Shown piece by piece: positions 29,475-39,265 of a DNA stretch of 64,000 nt. Under the pieces are notes generated by a model. That model had not been told where the DNA came from and did no database searches. It worked only from the letters and a program-made list of their open reading frames with translations. Each line of letters starts with the position of its first letter. Position 1 is the stretch's first letter. The DNA lies in sequence record LR756501.1; one strand, given 5' to 3'. The translations under genes and the position numbers were made by a program.

Positions 29475-30104
29475 TTACCATTTATCGCCTGGACCATCTG
29501 GTCCATCTATCTCAGTATAATCCCCGAAATTATTTATCTTTTTCTTTAAAGCTTCTTTTCTGGCTCTTTCTTCCGCCATTTTTTTAATTAAACCACCTGG
29601 ATCTAAATCTCCGCTAACCTTTTTAGCTGTTGGTGCCTCTGGTTCAGCTTTTTGAATAGGAGCTATTCCGTCCTTAAGTTCAAATCTATTAGGTGAAAAG
29701 TAATATGGGTTTCCGTTCTCAGCTAGTCTATGTCCTATATCAATATTGAGTTTATCATTAACATCAATAACTTTGAAATATTTATAGGTTACTAAAAAAT
29801 CAATACAATCTGGTGGCATAGTCTTACTTGGCTTAGGATCAATACAAACGATCTTATCACCAACCTTAAAGATTTTTTTATCCTTTGGTTTCTTTTTCTT
29901 GCCACCTTTAATCATATCGTGGGCAACCTGTAAATCCCAACCCGCATCCATAAGAGCCTCTTCAGCCATATCTTCGTCAATGTTTAGGAGTCTACTAAGC
30001 TTAGCTATTTTATCCTTACGTGAGGCAGCTTTTGCTGAAGATGGGGCAGGATCTGCACCGCATTCTTCGTATAATTTTTTGTAACCATAAATATTACTTT
30101 TCAT
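29475..30104 (-). CDS. CTS-like protein with UBA-like helix and SH3-like domain
   Basis: YGYKKLYEE; AEEALMDAGWDLQVA; FKVGDKIVC. Confidence 0.6.
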   Translation of the reverse strand: MKSNIYGYKKLYEECGADPAPSSAKAASRKDKIAKLSRLLNIDEDMAEEALMDAGWDLQVAHDMIKGGKKKKPKDKKIFKVGDKIVCIDPKPSKTMPPDCIDFLVTYKYFKVIDVNDKLNIDIGHRLAENGNPYYFSPNRFELKDGIAPIQKAEPEAPTAKKVSGDLDPGGLIKKMAEERARKEALKKKINNFGDYTEIDGPDGPGDKW

Positions 30105-30146
30105 ATCTTTTCATTTTTCTTTTTAATTAACTCTATATATTAAAAT

Positions 30147-31025
30147 TTATTCCCAAACATATAACCCATTTCCCCAATTTCTGGAATTCAATCCGCATTT
30201 TCTACAAATCCAACCCCCACCGTGTTCCCTTTCAACTTTTGATTTTTTATTACATTTTGGACAAGTATATATCTGAGTATCATCGTTATAAAAATCACTT
30301 AGAGATAAATTACCGGCATCTAAAGGATTATTATAGTCTTCCAAAGGTCCATCAAAACCAAACACTTCATCATCCGTATCATCAAATTCTTCACCGAACG
30401 AACAAACATGTTTATCACCTAAAATTCTCCCAATAAATCTATTTTGACCGTATCTATTATTATTGGCACGCCATTCGGCTAACAACTCTTCACCTCTTGC
30501 TCTTTGTTGATGATATAGTTCCATTTCTCTATCCCATCTTCCAGGATTCCTGAATCCATCTGGTTGTTTATTATCATCCCAAATCTCTTCGCCATAGGGA
30601 TCTAATTCTCCCCTTGGATCACCAACTGGATATTTAGTATTTTCATCAACCTCCCATAATTCTTCACCGTAAGGATCTAAATACGGATCAAATATTTGTT
30701 TAATAGAGGACATTACTTCCACTTTATCGTTAAATGAAATAGCAGTAAAATTTTGATCTTGTGGGTTCTTTGTAGAAAACAATTTAAAATAATCTCTATT
30801 TGGCCAAACAACTACCCTCATTGGTACGATGCTAGTATTCTTAACTCTTCCTCTAAAATCCTTTTGTACTATATTTAATCTTCTGCCTAATAACATTTTT
30901 TTAAATTGTGGTATCGCTCTCTTTCTATCGTTGGCACATTGTAATAATACGTCATTGAAAGAAAAAACGTCCCCAACTTTAACTGTAACAGCTTCATTTA
31001 TATATGTAGAAAAATTAGTTATCAT
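30147..31025 (-). CDS. CTS protein with two internal DPYGEExW motifs and C-terminal Zn ribbon
   Basis: MITNFSTYINEA; DPYGEELW, DPYGEEIW; CPKC..CRKC. Confidence 0.75.
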   Translation of the reverse strand: MITNFSTYINEAVTVKVGDVFSFNDVLLQCANDRKRAIPQFKKMLLGRRLNIVQKDFRGRVKNTSIVPMRVVVWPNRDYFKLFSTKNPQDQNFTAISFNDKVEVMSSIKQIFDPYLDPYGEELWEVDENTKYPVGDPRGELDPYGEEIWDDNKQPDGFRNPGRWDREMELYHQQRARGEELLAEWRANNNRYGQNRFIGRILGDKHVCSFGEEFDDTDDEVFGFDGPLEDYNNPLDAGNLSLSDFYNDDTQIYTCPKCNKKSKVEREHGGGWICRKCGLNSRNWGNGLYVWE

Positions 31026-31990
31026 GCTAGTTCAAAAAATTCTTTTATAACAGATTTTTTAAGTTTTACTCCACCTTTATCATCTTCATCACTCTTACCA
31101 CCTTTATATCTCTTAGCTAAAATGTTTATATCACCTACCATAGTTACAATATAAACTAAATGTGTTGCACTTTTTGGTCTGATTCTATCACCTTCTTCTA
31201 AATCCTTTGTCCAATCGTCATCTTCTTCCTCTGGCTGTACAACCTTAGTGAAATCATCAGAGCTTTTTATAACTCCTTGATGATCAGCCCATGTTTTATA
31301 ATCGTATTTCACATATTTTTTTCTTGGTGAAAATCTATAAGCTGAGTGAAATTCAGCACCAGGTTTACCGAAATCTTTTTCTAAAACTTCAAGTATATAT
31401 CTCTTTGGTTCAAAATTTGCAAGAGCCTTTAACTCGGGCGAAACTTGTAAATGATCAATAGGTGGAAATAAAGGAAAATCTGCTCTTTCCACACCCATTA
31501 CCCAAAATCTTGGTATAGTATGATCTCTTGCCCCATCTTTAAGTGCTTCTCTGTCTGTATAAATTATACCTTCACCGTATTTTTTCATAACAGCTTTATA
31601 AATAGCCTCTTGTGGTATAGGCATATGTGAACCGTAATAACCGTAAAGATATTTAACTTGTTCCCCTTTCTTAATAGGTACAGTAAATTCTTCGTCATTT
31701 ATCATAGACTCACCCTTGTAAAACATTCTTCTACCCCATATCTTACCTTCATTATTATAACAAACAAAACAGGATATGTTCTTTGTATTAAGAGTGTAGA
31801 AGTCAAATGATTCTGGTGTGTTCTCGTCACCTGATCCGAAACCAACTTCTTCGAAGAAACGCCAATTTTGACCACCCCCAAAAGAATTTTTAACATTGAA
31901 GTTAGCACACGAATAACCAAAATCTTTTGCAAGATAGTTTCCGTCATATGCGTTCATTATTTCTTTACCTACTAATTCTTTTACTTTCAT
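31022..31990 (-). CDS. Divergent SCM-family member
   Basis: LVGKEIMNAY, YSCAN, CYNNEGKIWGRRMFYK align with the family core. Confidence 0.55.
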   Translation of the reverse strand: MKVKELVGKEIMNAYDGNYLAKDFGYSCANFNVKNSFGGGQNWRFFEEVGFGSGDENTPESFDFYTLNTKNISCFVCYNNEGKIWGRRMFYKGESMINDEEFTVPIKKGEQVKYLYGYYGSHMPIPQEAIYKAVMKKYGEGIIYTDREALKDGARDHTIPRFWVMGVERADFPLFPPIDHLQVSPELKALANFEPKRYILEVLEKDFGKPGAEFHSAYRFSPRKKYVKYDYKTWADHQGVIKSSDDFTKVVQPEEEDDDWTKDLEEGDRIRPKSATHLVYIVTMVGDINILAKRYKGGKSDEDDKGGVKLKKSVIKEFFELA

Positions 31991-32006
31991 GTTTCAATTT
32001 TATTTT

Positions 32007-32324
32007 TTATTCATCTTCCCATTTTTCTTCGCCATATGGGTCTAGGTCTCTTCTAGGGTTTCCACCTATGTCTTCAAACGCCGATCTAAGATCATTTAAA
32101 AGAGTGAATAAAGCATTTGAAAAATCATCAATAGTAACATCTTTCATTATTGTTTTACTATCATATTTAGTGAGTTCTTTTTTAGTCTCATTCCTTACTG
32201 ATTTTAAAATATTGATTATATCAGATTTAGAAATCCAAATATCACCTTCCATTTCTTTAAAATCACAGGATCTTAAACCTTTATCTCTATTCCAAGTAGA
32301 TTCGTTAAATCTTTTAATTCTCAT
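32007..32324 (-). CDS. Small CTS-like protein with DPYGEEKW tail
   Basis: MRIKRFNES ... LDPYGEEKWEDE. Confidence 0.7.
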   Translation of the reverse strand: MRIKRFNESTWNRDKGLRSCDFKEMEGDIWISKSDIINILKSVRNETKKELTKYDSKTIMKDVTIDDFSNALFTLLNDLRSAFEDIGGNPRRDLDPYGEEKWEDE

Positions 32325-32364
32325 AAATTAAAAAGTTTTTATTTTATACCGCTATATATAAAAT

Positions 32365-32395
32365 AAAAAACCCAGACTTTCGATCTGGGGTTTTT
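32365..32395 (-). terminator. Rho-independent terminator after rtcB
   Basis: CCCAGA-loop-TCTGGG plus T-run. Confidence 0.75.
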
Positions 32396-32397
32396 AT

Positions 32398-33903
32398 TTA
32401 GATTATCCATCCCTCGTCCATTGGATCTGGGTTGTCTGTATAATCATTAGGATCTGGGTCGTCGTACACTTTCCATTTCATCTTGTTCTTCTGTTTTCTC
32501 TCTTCTCTACGGTCAGCGTATTTTTCCTTTTCAGGACGATATTTCTGTACAATTTCGTTGGATTTCCCCATCTTTTCTAACTCTCTTTTTTCCTTCCAAG
32601 AAATTTGTTTACCAGTATCCTTGATGTTCAAGATAGGTTTGATTCTATCTATGATAGTAGCGGTTGGCTCAATAGCTTCTTCAATGGTTGAAGAATCTTT
32701 GTAAGCAAATACTGACTCGTCTAAAGTTTCCTTGCAGACAGAGGTAGTATAGATACCTTTCATTGACTCTTTAACTTGATCAACAGTAACCATTTCTTTA
32801 GCCTTCGAACGTGACCATTTTCTTCCTGCTCCGTGTGGACCAGAGAAGTTCCAGTCAGGATTTGATTTGCCTTCGCAAAGTAAAATCCCGTCTTTCTGGT
32901 TGAAAGGAATGATTAATTTCTGTCCAGCGTAAGAAGCGATAGCCCCTTTTCTGATAATCATATCCTTTGGGTCGATATAGTTGTGAACAGTCGAAATGAT
33001 TTCTTCGAACTTAGCTACACCCATAACATTCTGAATAATATTCAACATGGTCATTCTGTTCCACTCAGCGTATTTCTGAGCAAAGATCATATCAAACAAA
33101 TAACCCATCATGTTATCGCCCTGTAAATATTCTTTATTTACACCAACTTTGTACTTAGCCTTCAATTCCTCAATTCTTTTTGGAATCAAGTTTAAAGGAA
33201 AAGTAGTAGCTTTGATGTTATCTAATTCCTTAGCGTAAACATCAGGAGTAACTGCCATTTGTAATCTAGCAACGTTGTTCCAGTAATCAGCTATTTTCAA
33301 GCCGAAGTTACGTGATCCTGAGTGAACAGTGATCCAATAGTCTCCTTTTGAATCTACTCCCAATTCCAAAAAGTGATTTCCACCACCTAAAGTACCAATA
33401 GCGTTCCAGAATTTTACTTCGTCGATGTTAATATCCTTTAATTTCTTCGATAACCATTTTTCGTTATAGGTTGGAGCAACGTAGTTGGTTCCAAACTTGG
33501 CGTTGTACTGAGCTACAAACTTATCTGCAACTTCCTGTACTTCATTAAATGGAATGAATTTGAAGGCAGGCTCGTCGTGAACGTTGAATCCCATTGGCAC
33601 TGACTTTTTAATTTCAATGTCGATGTCTTTCAAGTTTAACTTGTAAGCCTTGGAAAACTTAGCGGACAACATTCCGCAACCAATATCAACTCCAATGTGA
33701 TTTGGGTTAAGCATAGTAGTTGCTGGCATGGTGAATCCGATTACAATTCCTTTACCAGCGTGGCAGTCAGGCATAATACGGACTGGCACATCTTCGGATA
33801 CTTGTTGATCTAAAATGGTCTGGATTAAAGAATAAGCTTCGTTCTCCACTTCATCAATGAAGATCTTGCAATCCTTGTTGTATTTTCCTTTAATTTCTAA
33901 CAT
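32398..33903 (-). CDS. rtcB: RtcB 3'-phosphate/5'-OH RNA ligase with C-terminal extension
   Basis: MPDCHAG, GVDIGCG, GTLGGGNHF, VHSGSR, HNY, RKGA, HGAGR; ATG 33903 preferred. Confidence 0.95.
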   Translation of the reverse strand: MLEIKGKYNKDCKIFIDEVENEAYSLIQTILDQQVSEDVPVRIMPDCHAGKGIVIGFTMPATTMLNPNHIGVDIGCGMLSAKFSKAYKLNLKDIDIEIKKSVPMGFNVHDEPAFKFIPFNEVQEVADKFVAQYNAKFGTNYVAPTYNEKWLSKKLKDINIDEVKFWNAIGTLGGGNHFLELGVDSKGDYWITVHSGSRNFGLKIADYWNNVARLQMAVTPDVYAKELDNIKATTFPLNLIPKRIEELKAKYKVGVNKEYLQGDNMMGYLFDMIFAQKYAEWNRMTMLNIIQNVMGVAKFEEIISTVHNYIDPKDMIIRKGAIASYAGQKLIIPFNQKDGILLCEGKSNPDWNFSGPHGAGRKWSRSKAKEMVTVDQVKESMKGIYTTSVCKETLDESVFAYKDSSTIEEAIEPTATIIDRIKPILNIKDTGKQISWKEKRELEKMGKSNEIVQKYRPEKEKYADRREERKQKNKMKWKVYDDPDPNDYTDNPDPMDEGWII

Positions 33904-33925
33904 AAATTTATTTCCTTCCTTAACG

Positions 33926-33933
33926 CAAAGATA
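33926..33933 (-). promoter_or_regulatory. Bacteroidota-type -7 element TATCTTTG
   Basis: 23 nt upstream of rtcB ATG. Confidence 0.7.
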
Positions 33934-33954
33934 CATATTTTAACTCTAATAAAA

Positions 33955-33983
33955 AAAATCTCCACCTAAAAGATGGAGATTTT
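33955..33983 (-). terminator. Rho-independent terminator
   Basis: AAAATCTCCA...TGGAGATTTT plus T-run. Confidence 0.65.
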
Positions 33984-34068
33984 AATTTTACCTTATGTAA
34001 AACTGAAAAATTAGGTTTATGAAGACCCAAATATTATATTATTTAATATTAATTAAGTTTAATAATTT

Positions 34069-35193
34069 TTACGTTCCGTGATAAGTAACACCTGGTTTAT
34101 TTGGCGCTCTATTACTCAAGTAATACCTTTTATTCTTATCATCTACACACGAGTACCTCATTGTGTCCATATATGGATTACCACTTGCAGGTCTGTGTTT
34201 ACCGCCCCAGTCTTTAGGTAAAGTTACTTCTAGTAAACCAGCGTCTCCCTTATTATAACTTTTCATACCATTCTTCTTGGCGTAATCCATTAAAATTGTT
34301 TTCTCTTCTGGACCTATCGCATATACTCTATCCATGTAAACTTGACCATCATCCAATCTCCATACAACTGCTCTAGCCATCAATTTATCGTCTTCATTTG
34401 TATATGTGCAAAGAGCAATTTTATCTGGGTTTTCACAATATAAATTGAAATATACAGAGCAACTTGAACTACTCATACAAGAATTCCAAAGTTCTGAAGA
34501 ACCATATGAACTCTTAGCGTAATGTTCGTTACTGTACCAATATCTAATATCTTCACCTGTAACAACATCGAGGTTTTTGCCTTCACCAAGTACGATAACT
34601 TTAAAGGCTGCTCTATAAAGAGTAACTAATTCTTCAACTTGTTTATCAGATAATGTTGGAATAAGTTTTTTAAGAGTTCTACCAACCTTCATAGCTTGTC
34701 TACCTTTTTTGAGGTCTGGGTCGCCTTCGAATTTCTTTGCTGGAAGATATGTTATAACTTCCATATTATCTTTATCAATATCAAAGAAAGAAACGTCAAT
34801 ATATTCTTCTGTTGGTTCGAATTTCATTCTTCTGAAAATTCTTAACAATTCAGTAGATGCTTTATAAGGCACAACTTCTCTATTTTGAATCTTCTTTGCT
34901 AATTCTTCTGGAATTATCTCATAAATATTATCTAATGGAACGTAAAAACAATGCTTTGGTTTACCTATGTCTTTGTGACCAGAGTGTAATCTAGGGGAAA
35001 AAGATACAAGAAATTCGATAAGAATATAACCATATTCCTTCATTTCAATAACGTTACCAAGTTGGGAACTAATATCGATACCGTCCCATTGACCCATGGT
35101 TCTCACCATTTTACCAATAGCTAGGTCTGCTCTTGTTGGTTTCTTAGGTGTTTTTTTCACTGCTTCATTTATAAAATTGTTATAACTTATCAT
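34069..35193 (-). CDS. SCM-GRALVW-MDRIY family paralog 3
   Basis: MISYNNFINEA; NSCMS, ARAVVWR, YMDRVY, NPYMDT. Confidence 0.75.
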   Translation of the reverse strand: MISYNNFINEAVKKTPKKPTRADLAIGKMVRTMGQWDGIDISSQLGNVIEMKEYGYILIEFLVSFSPRLHSGHKDIGKPKHCFYVPLDNIYEIIPEELAKKIQNREVVPYKASTELLRIFRRMKFEPTEEYIDVSFFDIDKDNMEVITYLPAKKFEGDPDLKKGRQAMKVGRTLKKLIPTLSDKQVEELVTLYRAAFKVIVLGEGKNLDVVTGEDIRYWYSNEHYAKSSYGSSELWNSCMSSSSCSVYFNLYCENPDKIALCTYTNEDDKLMARAVVWRLDDGQVYMDRVYAIGPEEKTILMDYAKKNGMKSYNKGDAGLLEVTLPKDWGGKHRPASGNPYMDTMRYSCVDDKNKRYYLSNRAPNKPGVTYHGT

Positions 35194-35210
35194 TTCTTTA
35201 TCAGATTCTT

Positions 35211-35933
35211 TTAATTTTCCCAGTTCTCTTCTCCGTAAGGGTCTAGGGTCTTTAATCTCATATCCATTATCTTAATAGGTTGTGTATGAACTAATAATTG
35301 TGAAGTTTTATCGTCACATTCTACTATAATAAAATCTTGTGTTGTTCCATTATGTACACCAATCCTAACAACATGTTTTGTGTATTTTATTTGATCTCCA
35401 CCTTTTATCGGTTTACCTTGATAAGTAAGGAGTTGATCAATAAAATGTTCTTCAAAGAAATCTAAAAATTTACCAACGTCGAATAGCTTTGCTTTCCCCT
35501 CGTCCTGCCAAGAATATTTTACTTTTCTTTCTTTATCTTCAAATATAACTGGGTAATAATCACCCTTATTATTACCAAGTATTACATCGTTTACTTCCAA
35601 TATCTTCTGTCTTCCATTTTCATCCATTACACCAATTATCTTACCATTTATGGATTTTTTCAATTCTTCCACCATTATTTCAGCAGAATCTTTCTTAGCT
35701 TTTTCAACTGCAACTTTCTTTTCTTTTTCTAGTTCACTCATTTTTTTCTTGAGTTCAGCAAGATTCTTATCTATATCTCTGGTGTTCTTATTAGTGGTAT
35801 CGTTCAAAACATTATGAAATTCATTATAGAATGACTTAGTATCATATATTTTCTTAACACCAGGAGGATCAGGCTTTATCATATCTTCATTTAAGACTTC
35901 AAGATTTAAATATGAATTATATTTCTTTAACAT
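35211..35933 (-). CDS. CTS protein with DPYGEENW tail
   Basis: MLKKYNSYLNLEVLNE ... LDPYGEENWEN. Confidence 0.75.
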   Translation of the reverse strand: MLKKYNSYLNLEVLNEDMIKPDPPGVKKIYDTKSFYNEFHNVLNDTTNKNTRDIDKNLAELKKKMSELEKEKKVAVEKAKKDSAEIMVEELKKSINGKIIGVMDENGRQKILEVNDVILGNNKGDYYPVIFEDKERKVKYSWQDEGKAKLFDVGKFLDFFEEHFIDQLLTYQGKPIKGGDQIKYTKHVVRIGVHNGTTQDFIIVECDDKTSQLLVHTQPIKIMDMRLKTLDPYGEENWEN

Positions 35934-35973
35934 GATACTATATATAATTTTTTAAATCTTATTTTTTGAATTA

Positions 35974-35981
35974 CAAAGTTA
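35974..35981 (-). promoter_or_regulatory. Bacteroidota-type -7 element TAACTTTG
   Basis: Intergenic upstream of 35933. Confidence 0.55.
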
Positions 35982-36028
35982 GAAAAATTTTTCAAAATAT
36001 CTATTTTATTTTTCTTATATATTAATTT

Positions 36029-37099
36029 TTAATCGTGATCTACATATTCCCAATACTCCCCAGCTTTAAAATTTCTAAACCTATTAGTTAAATAGTTACC
36101 AGTTGTGATAAAAAATTTAAACGTGTCCATAAAAGGATTTTCGTGTGGAGTACCGTAATCCCTACCCATATTGACTCTTAGAAGTATTCCTTTCTTATCT
36201 ACCTCAGCCTTGGTTAAAAACCCTTTCTTCTTGGCGTAGTCTAAAAATAATTTCTCAATAAAATCTTCAGTACAATAAATTCTATCCATGTATATCACAC
36301 CTTTTGGCTCGTCTAGTTTCCATAACAAGGCTCTACCTAACAATTTACCCATTGGATTTAATATGTACAATAGTTTAACTTTTTCAGGATTTTCAGTATA
36401 AATTGGTAATCTTCTTTGTGAACGAGCGTGTTTCATACAAGACTGGTGTAACGAACCACCGCCTTCGGCGTAAAACATTTCAAGGTACCATTTAGCCATA
36501 TCAATATCTTTTGCTATTTTAAATCTACCAAAATCGTCTTTATTAAGATTAAATGAGAATTTATAATCGTTGATATAATCTTCTATTATCATATCAGTAT
36601 CGTTAATAACTTTCTTTAGAAATCTTCCTACTCTAATGTTTTGTCGCATTGTTGAAGTCCAAGGATCTTCACCTTTATCTAATCTATTAAAGTTGGCAGC
36701 ACTTAGACAAGATACCGTATCATTTCTTTGTGTTACATCTATATAGGATACGTCACAATAAAATATTTTTTCGTAATCTATTAAAAATTTTAGACTATAA
36801 GATATGACGTCTCTGAATTTTCTGGAATATATTAAAGGTATATTATCATCTACTTTATTATTATTGAATAAATCTGTCCATTTTGCGTCTCTTATGAACC
36901 AACCGTTGTTATTATTTATTTCACCAGCTAAATCGTGTAATTTATCATTAAATCTATTTAAGAATTGTACACCGCTCTTTTTTAATACCCCTATATGGTT
37001 ATGTGTCTTCAAATCGTCAATGTCCCCATTAACAACCACAAGGTCGCCAATTTTTGGAGCCACGACAGATTCTTCAAATAGTTTATAGGATAACATCAT
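36029..37099 (-). CDS. SCM-GRALVW-MDRIY family paralog 4
   Basis: MMLSYKLFEES; QSCMK, GRALLWK, YMDRIY, NPFMDTF. Confidence 0.75.
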   Translation of the reverse strand: MMLSYKLFEESVVAPKIGDLVVVNGDIDDLKTHNHIGVLKKSGVQFLNRFNDKLHDLAGEINNNNGWFIRDAKWTDLFNNNKVDDNIPLIYSRKFRDVISYSLKFLIDYEKIFYCDVSYIDVTQRNDTVSCLSAANFNRLDKGEDPWTSTMRQNIRVGRFLKKVINDTDMIIEDYINDYKFSFNLNKDDFGRFKIAKDIDMAKWYLEMFYAEGGGSLHQSCMKHARSQRRLPIYTENPEKVKLLYILNPMGKLLGRALLWKLDEPKGVIYMDRIYCTEDFIEKLFLDYAKKKGFLTKAEVDKKGILLRVNMGRDYGTPHENPFMDTFKFFITTGNYLTNRFRNFKAGEYWEYVDHD

Positions 37100-37111
37100 A
37101 ATTATAAATTT

Positions 37112-37450
37112 TTATTGTTCTTCAAATTCTCCATCCCCCACTGGTTCTGGTCCTAAAACAGAACTATCCCACTCTTCCTCACCACTAATGGCTCTAGTAG
37201 CGTTAAATTGTAAAAGAGCGTTAGCAGCGTTATTGTGAAATTTACTGATATTAATCTCTTCTCCAACTACGTTAACATTATATTTAACTTTTACATGACC
37301 AGAAATTTTTTCTATTGTGATAAGAACGTCACATTTACGTGCTATATCATACAATAAGGCTTTAACTTTTGGAATAATAGCCCAACCTAAAGATATTTCA
37401 AAACTATTGTGATGAAGTTCTTCGTTGATAAATTCAATATATTTTTTCAT
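37112..37450 (-). CDS. Small CTS protein
   Basis: MKKYIEFINEE; degenerate GEEEW near C-terminus. Confidence 0.7.
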   Translation of the reverse strand: MKKYIEFINEELHHNSFEISLGWAIIPKVKALLYDIARKCDVLITIEKISGHVKVKYNVNVVGEEINISKFHNNAANALLQFNATRAISGEEEWDSSVLGPEPVGDGEFEEQ

Positions 37451-37549
37451 AGTTGGTATTAAATTTTTCTTTATATATTAATTTTTAAATCTTAAATTTA
37501 AAACTTTATTGTCTATTGATTATATATCTATGAAAATAAAGACTATGGA

Positions 37550-38752
37550 ATGATAAAAGTTTTAGTTCTTACCTCAGATGTTGACGGAATAGGTTACTAC
37601 CGTAATTTTATGCCACACCTTACAATCAACGACCCAGAATTTGAAGTTGATATACGAATGTTACAAGACGGCACACTCAACCTATTAGACCCAAATTTTA
37701 TGGGACAATACAACATATTATTTTACAATAAATCAATACCGTTTGCCAAACCAGAATTTTTTGAGTCATTTAATCAAAACCTCAAAAATTTAAATATTAA
37801 AGTCGTCTACGATATTGATGACTACTGGGTTTTAAGCTCTTCACATTTAAATTACGATATGTGGAAGAAATCAAAAGCTGACGAAGTGATTACCAAAGCT
37901 TTAAGAGACGCTGATCACGTTACTACAACTACTCCTCTTTTCGCTAACAGAATATCAGAACTTAATCCTAACGTTTCAGTCATGGCTAACGCCGTAAACT
38001 TAGAAGAACAACAATGGACATTTAACCGTAGACCATCAGAAAAGATAAGATTCTTATGGGGTGGTGGTATAAGCCATATGGTTGACCTCAGATTATTAAA
38101 GACTTCTTTTGAAATGTTTGATAAAGAATTTTTAAAGAACGCTCAATTATTTATGTGTGGTTACGATCTTAGAGTTAGAACACCAAAGGGAATGATACAA
38201 AAAAGTGATCCTAGAACTAATCAATGGAGTTTCTTCGAAGATATATTTACTAATAGAGGTAAATATATTACTGGTGTGGAACATAGGAAATACCTTCAAA
38301 CTTACGACGATACTGGTTACGGAATAAATGAAGAACATATAAATGAATTTTACCAGAGAAGATGGACACGTCCAATTTTAAATTACGGACATATGTATAA
38401 CGAAGCTGATGTTTGTTTATCACCTTTAAAAAATAACCAAATGTTTAACTTCTATAAGTCTAATCTTAAAGTAATTGAGGCTGGTGCTCATCATTGTCCA
38501 CTTATTGCTAGTAATTACGGTCCTTATACGGTAGATGATATTGAAGGCAAGAAAGACGGTAAACAAAAAGGATTTTTGATCGACGAAGATAAACCTAAGA
38601 TGTGGTACGAAAAAATGAAATTCTACGTTGATAATCCAGATGTGATGAGAGAACACGGTGAGAACTTATTTAATTACGTTAAAGAAAATTTATGTATTAA
38701 AGTTGTAGGCGAAAAAAGAAAACAACTTTATAAAAAAGTAGTGGAGGGATAA
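37550..38752 (+). CDS. GT-B (GT4-like) glycosyltransferase
   Basis: GIGYYR, DIDDYW, WGGGISH, KSNLKVIEAG. Confidence 0.8.
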   Translation: MIKVLVLTSDVDGIGYYRNFMPHLTINDPEFEVDIRMLQDGTLNLLDPNFMGQYNILFYNKSIPFAKPEFFESFNQNLKNLNIKVVYDIDDYWVLSSSHLNYDMWKKSKADEVITKALRDADHVTTTTPLFANRISELNPNVSVMANAVNLEEQQWTFNRRPSEKIRFLWGGGISHMVDLRLLKTSFEMFDKEFLKNAQLFMCGYDLRVRTPKGMIQKSDPRTNQWSFFEDIFTNRGKYITGVEHRKYLQTYDDTGYGINEEHINEFYQRRWTRPILNYGHMYNEADVCLSPLKNNQMFNFYKSNLKVIEAGAHHCPLIASNYGPYTVDDIEGKKDGKQKGFLIDEDKPKMWYEKMKFYVDNPDVMREHGENLFNYVKENLCIKVVGEKRKQLYKKVVEG

Positions 38753-38753
38753 T

Positions 38754-39251
38754 ATGAAAACAGAAGAAGTTAAAATGAAAACAGATGAAATATTGAAATC
38801 CATAAACGAAGCTAAGAAAGAATTGGGTAAAATATATGACGTCAATATTGAAAAAGTGAAAAAAGAATTAGAAGAAGTAGCTATACCTAATTTCGAGAAA
38901 TTAACAAAAAAATTAAACGAAACAGTAGCTCAAGTATTTGGATGGAACGCTGACTATCACTTTGTTGAAAGATCACATATAGATGTTCTTGATAATTACC
39001 AGACTTATAATATCGTTGAAGTTAAACAAATAAAGGTATTAATACCCGAAGAATCAGTAGATAAAACAGATAGTTTTATTGTATTGGCACCTAAAAGAGA
39101 ATTTGGTATAAGAGAACCTAATATGATGGATATTATTTATCTTAGAAATAGATTGTATATGGTTGATAGTGTTTACAAAAGAGAGGACACAGATTCTTAC
39201 GAATTAACTATATCAAAATATCAACAATATAGTGTGTTAAAAGGATTATAA
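38754..39251 (+). CDS. Hypothetical protein, weak neck/head-closure resemblance
   Basis: EPNMMDIIYL...YMVDSV pattern; low confidence for function. Confidence 0.4.
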   Translation: MKTEEVKMKTDEILKSINEAKKELGKIYDVNIEKVKKELEEVAIPNFEKLTKKLNETVAQVFGWNADYHFVERSHIDVLDNYQTYNIVEVKQIKVLIPEESVDKTDSFIVLAPKREFGIREPNMMDIIYLRNRLYMVDSVYKREDTDSYELTISKYQQYSVLKGL

Positions 39252-39265
39252 AATAATTAAATAAT

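Noticed and set aside
37112-37450. GEEEW near the C-terminus as a 23rd tag
   Set aside because: Lacks DPY; at most a degenerate relative, so not counted.
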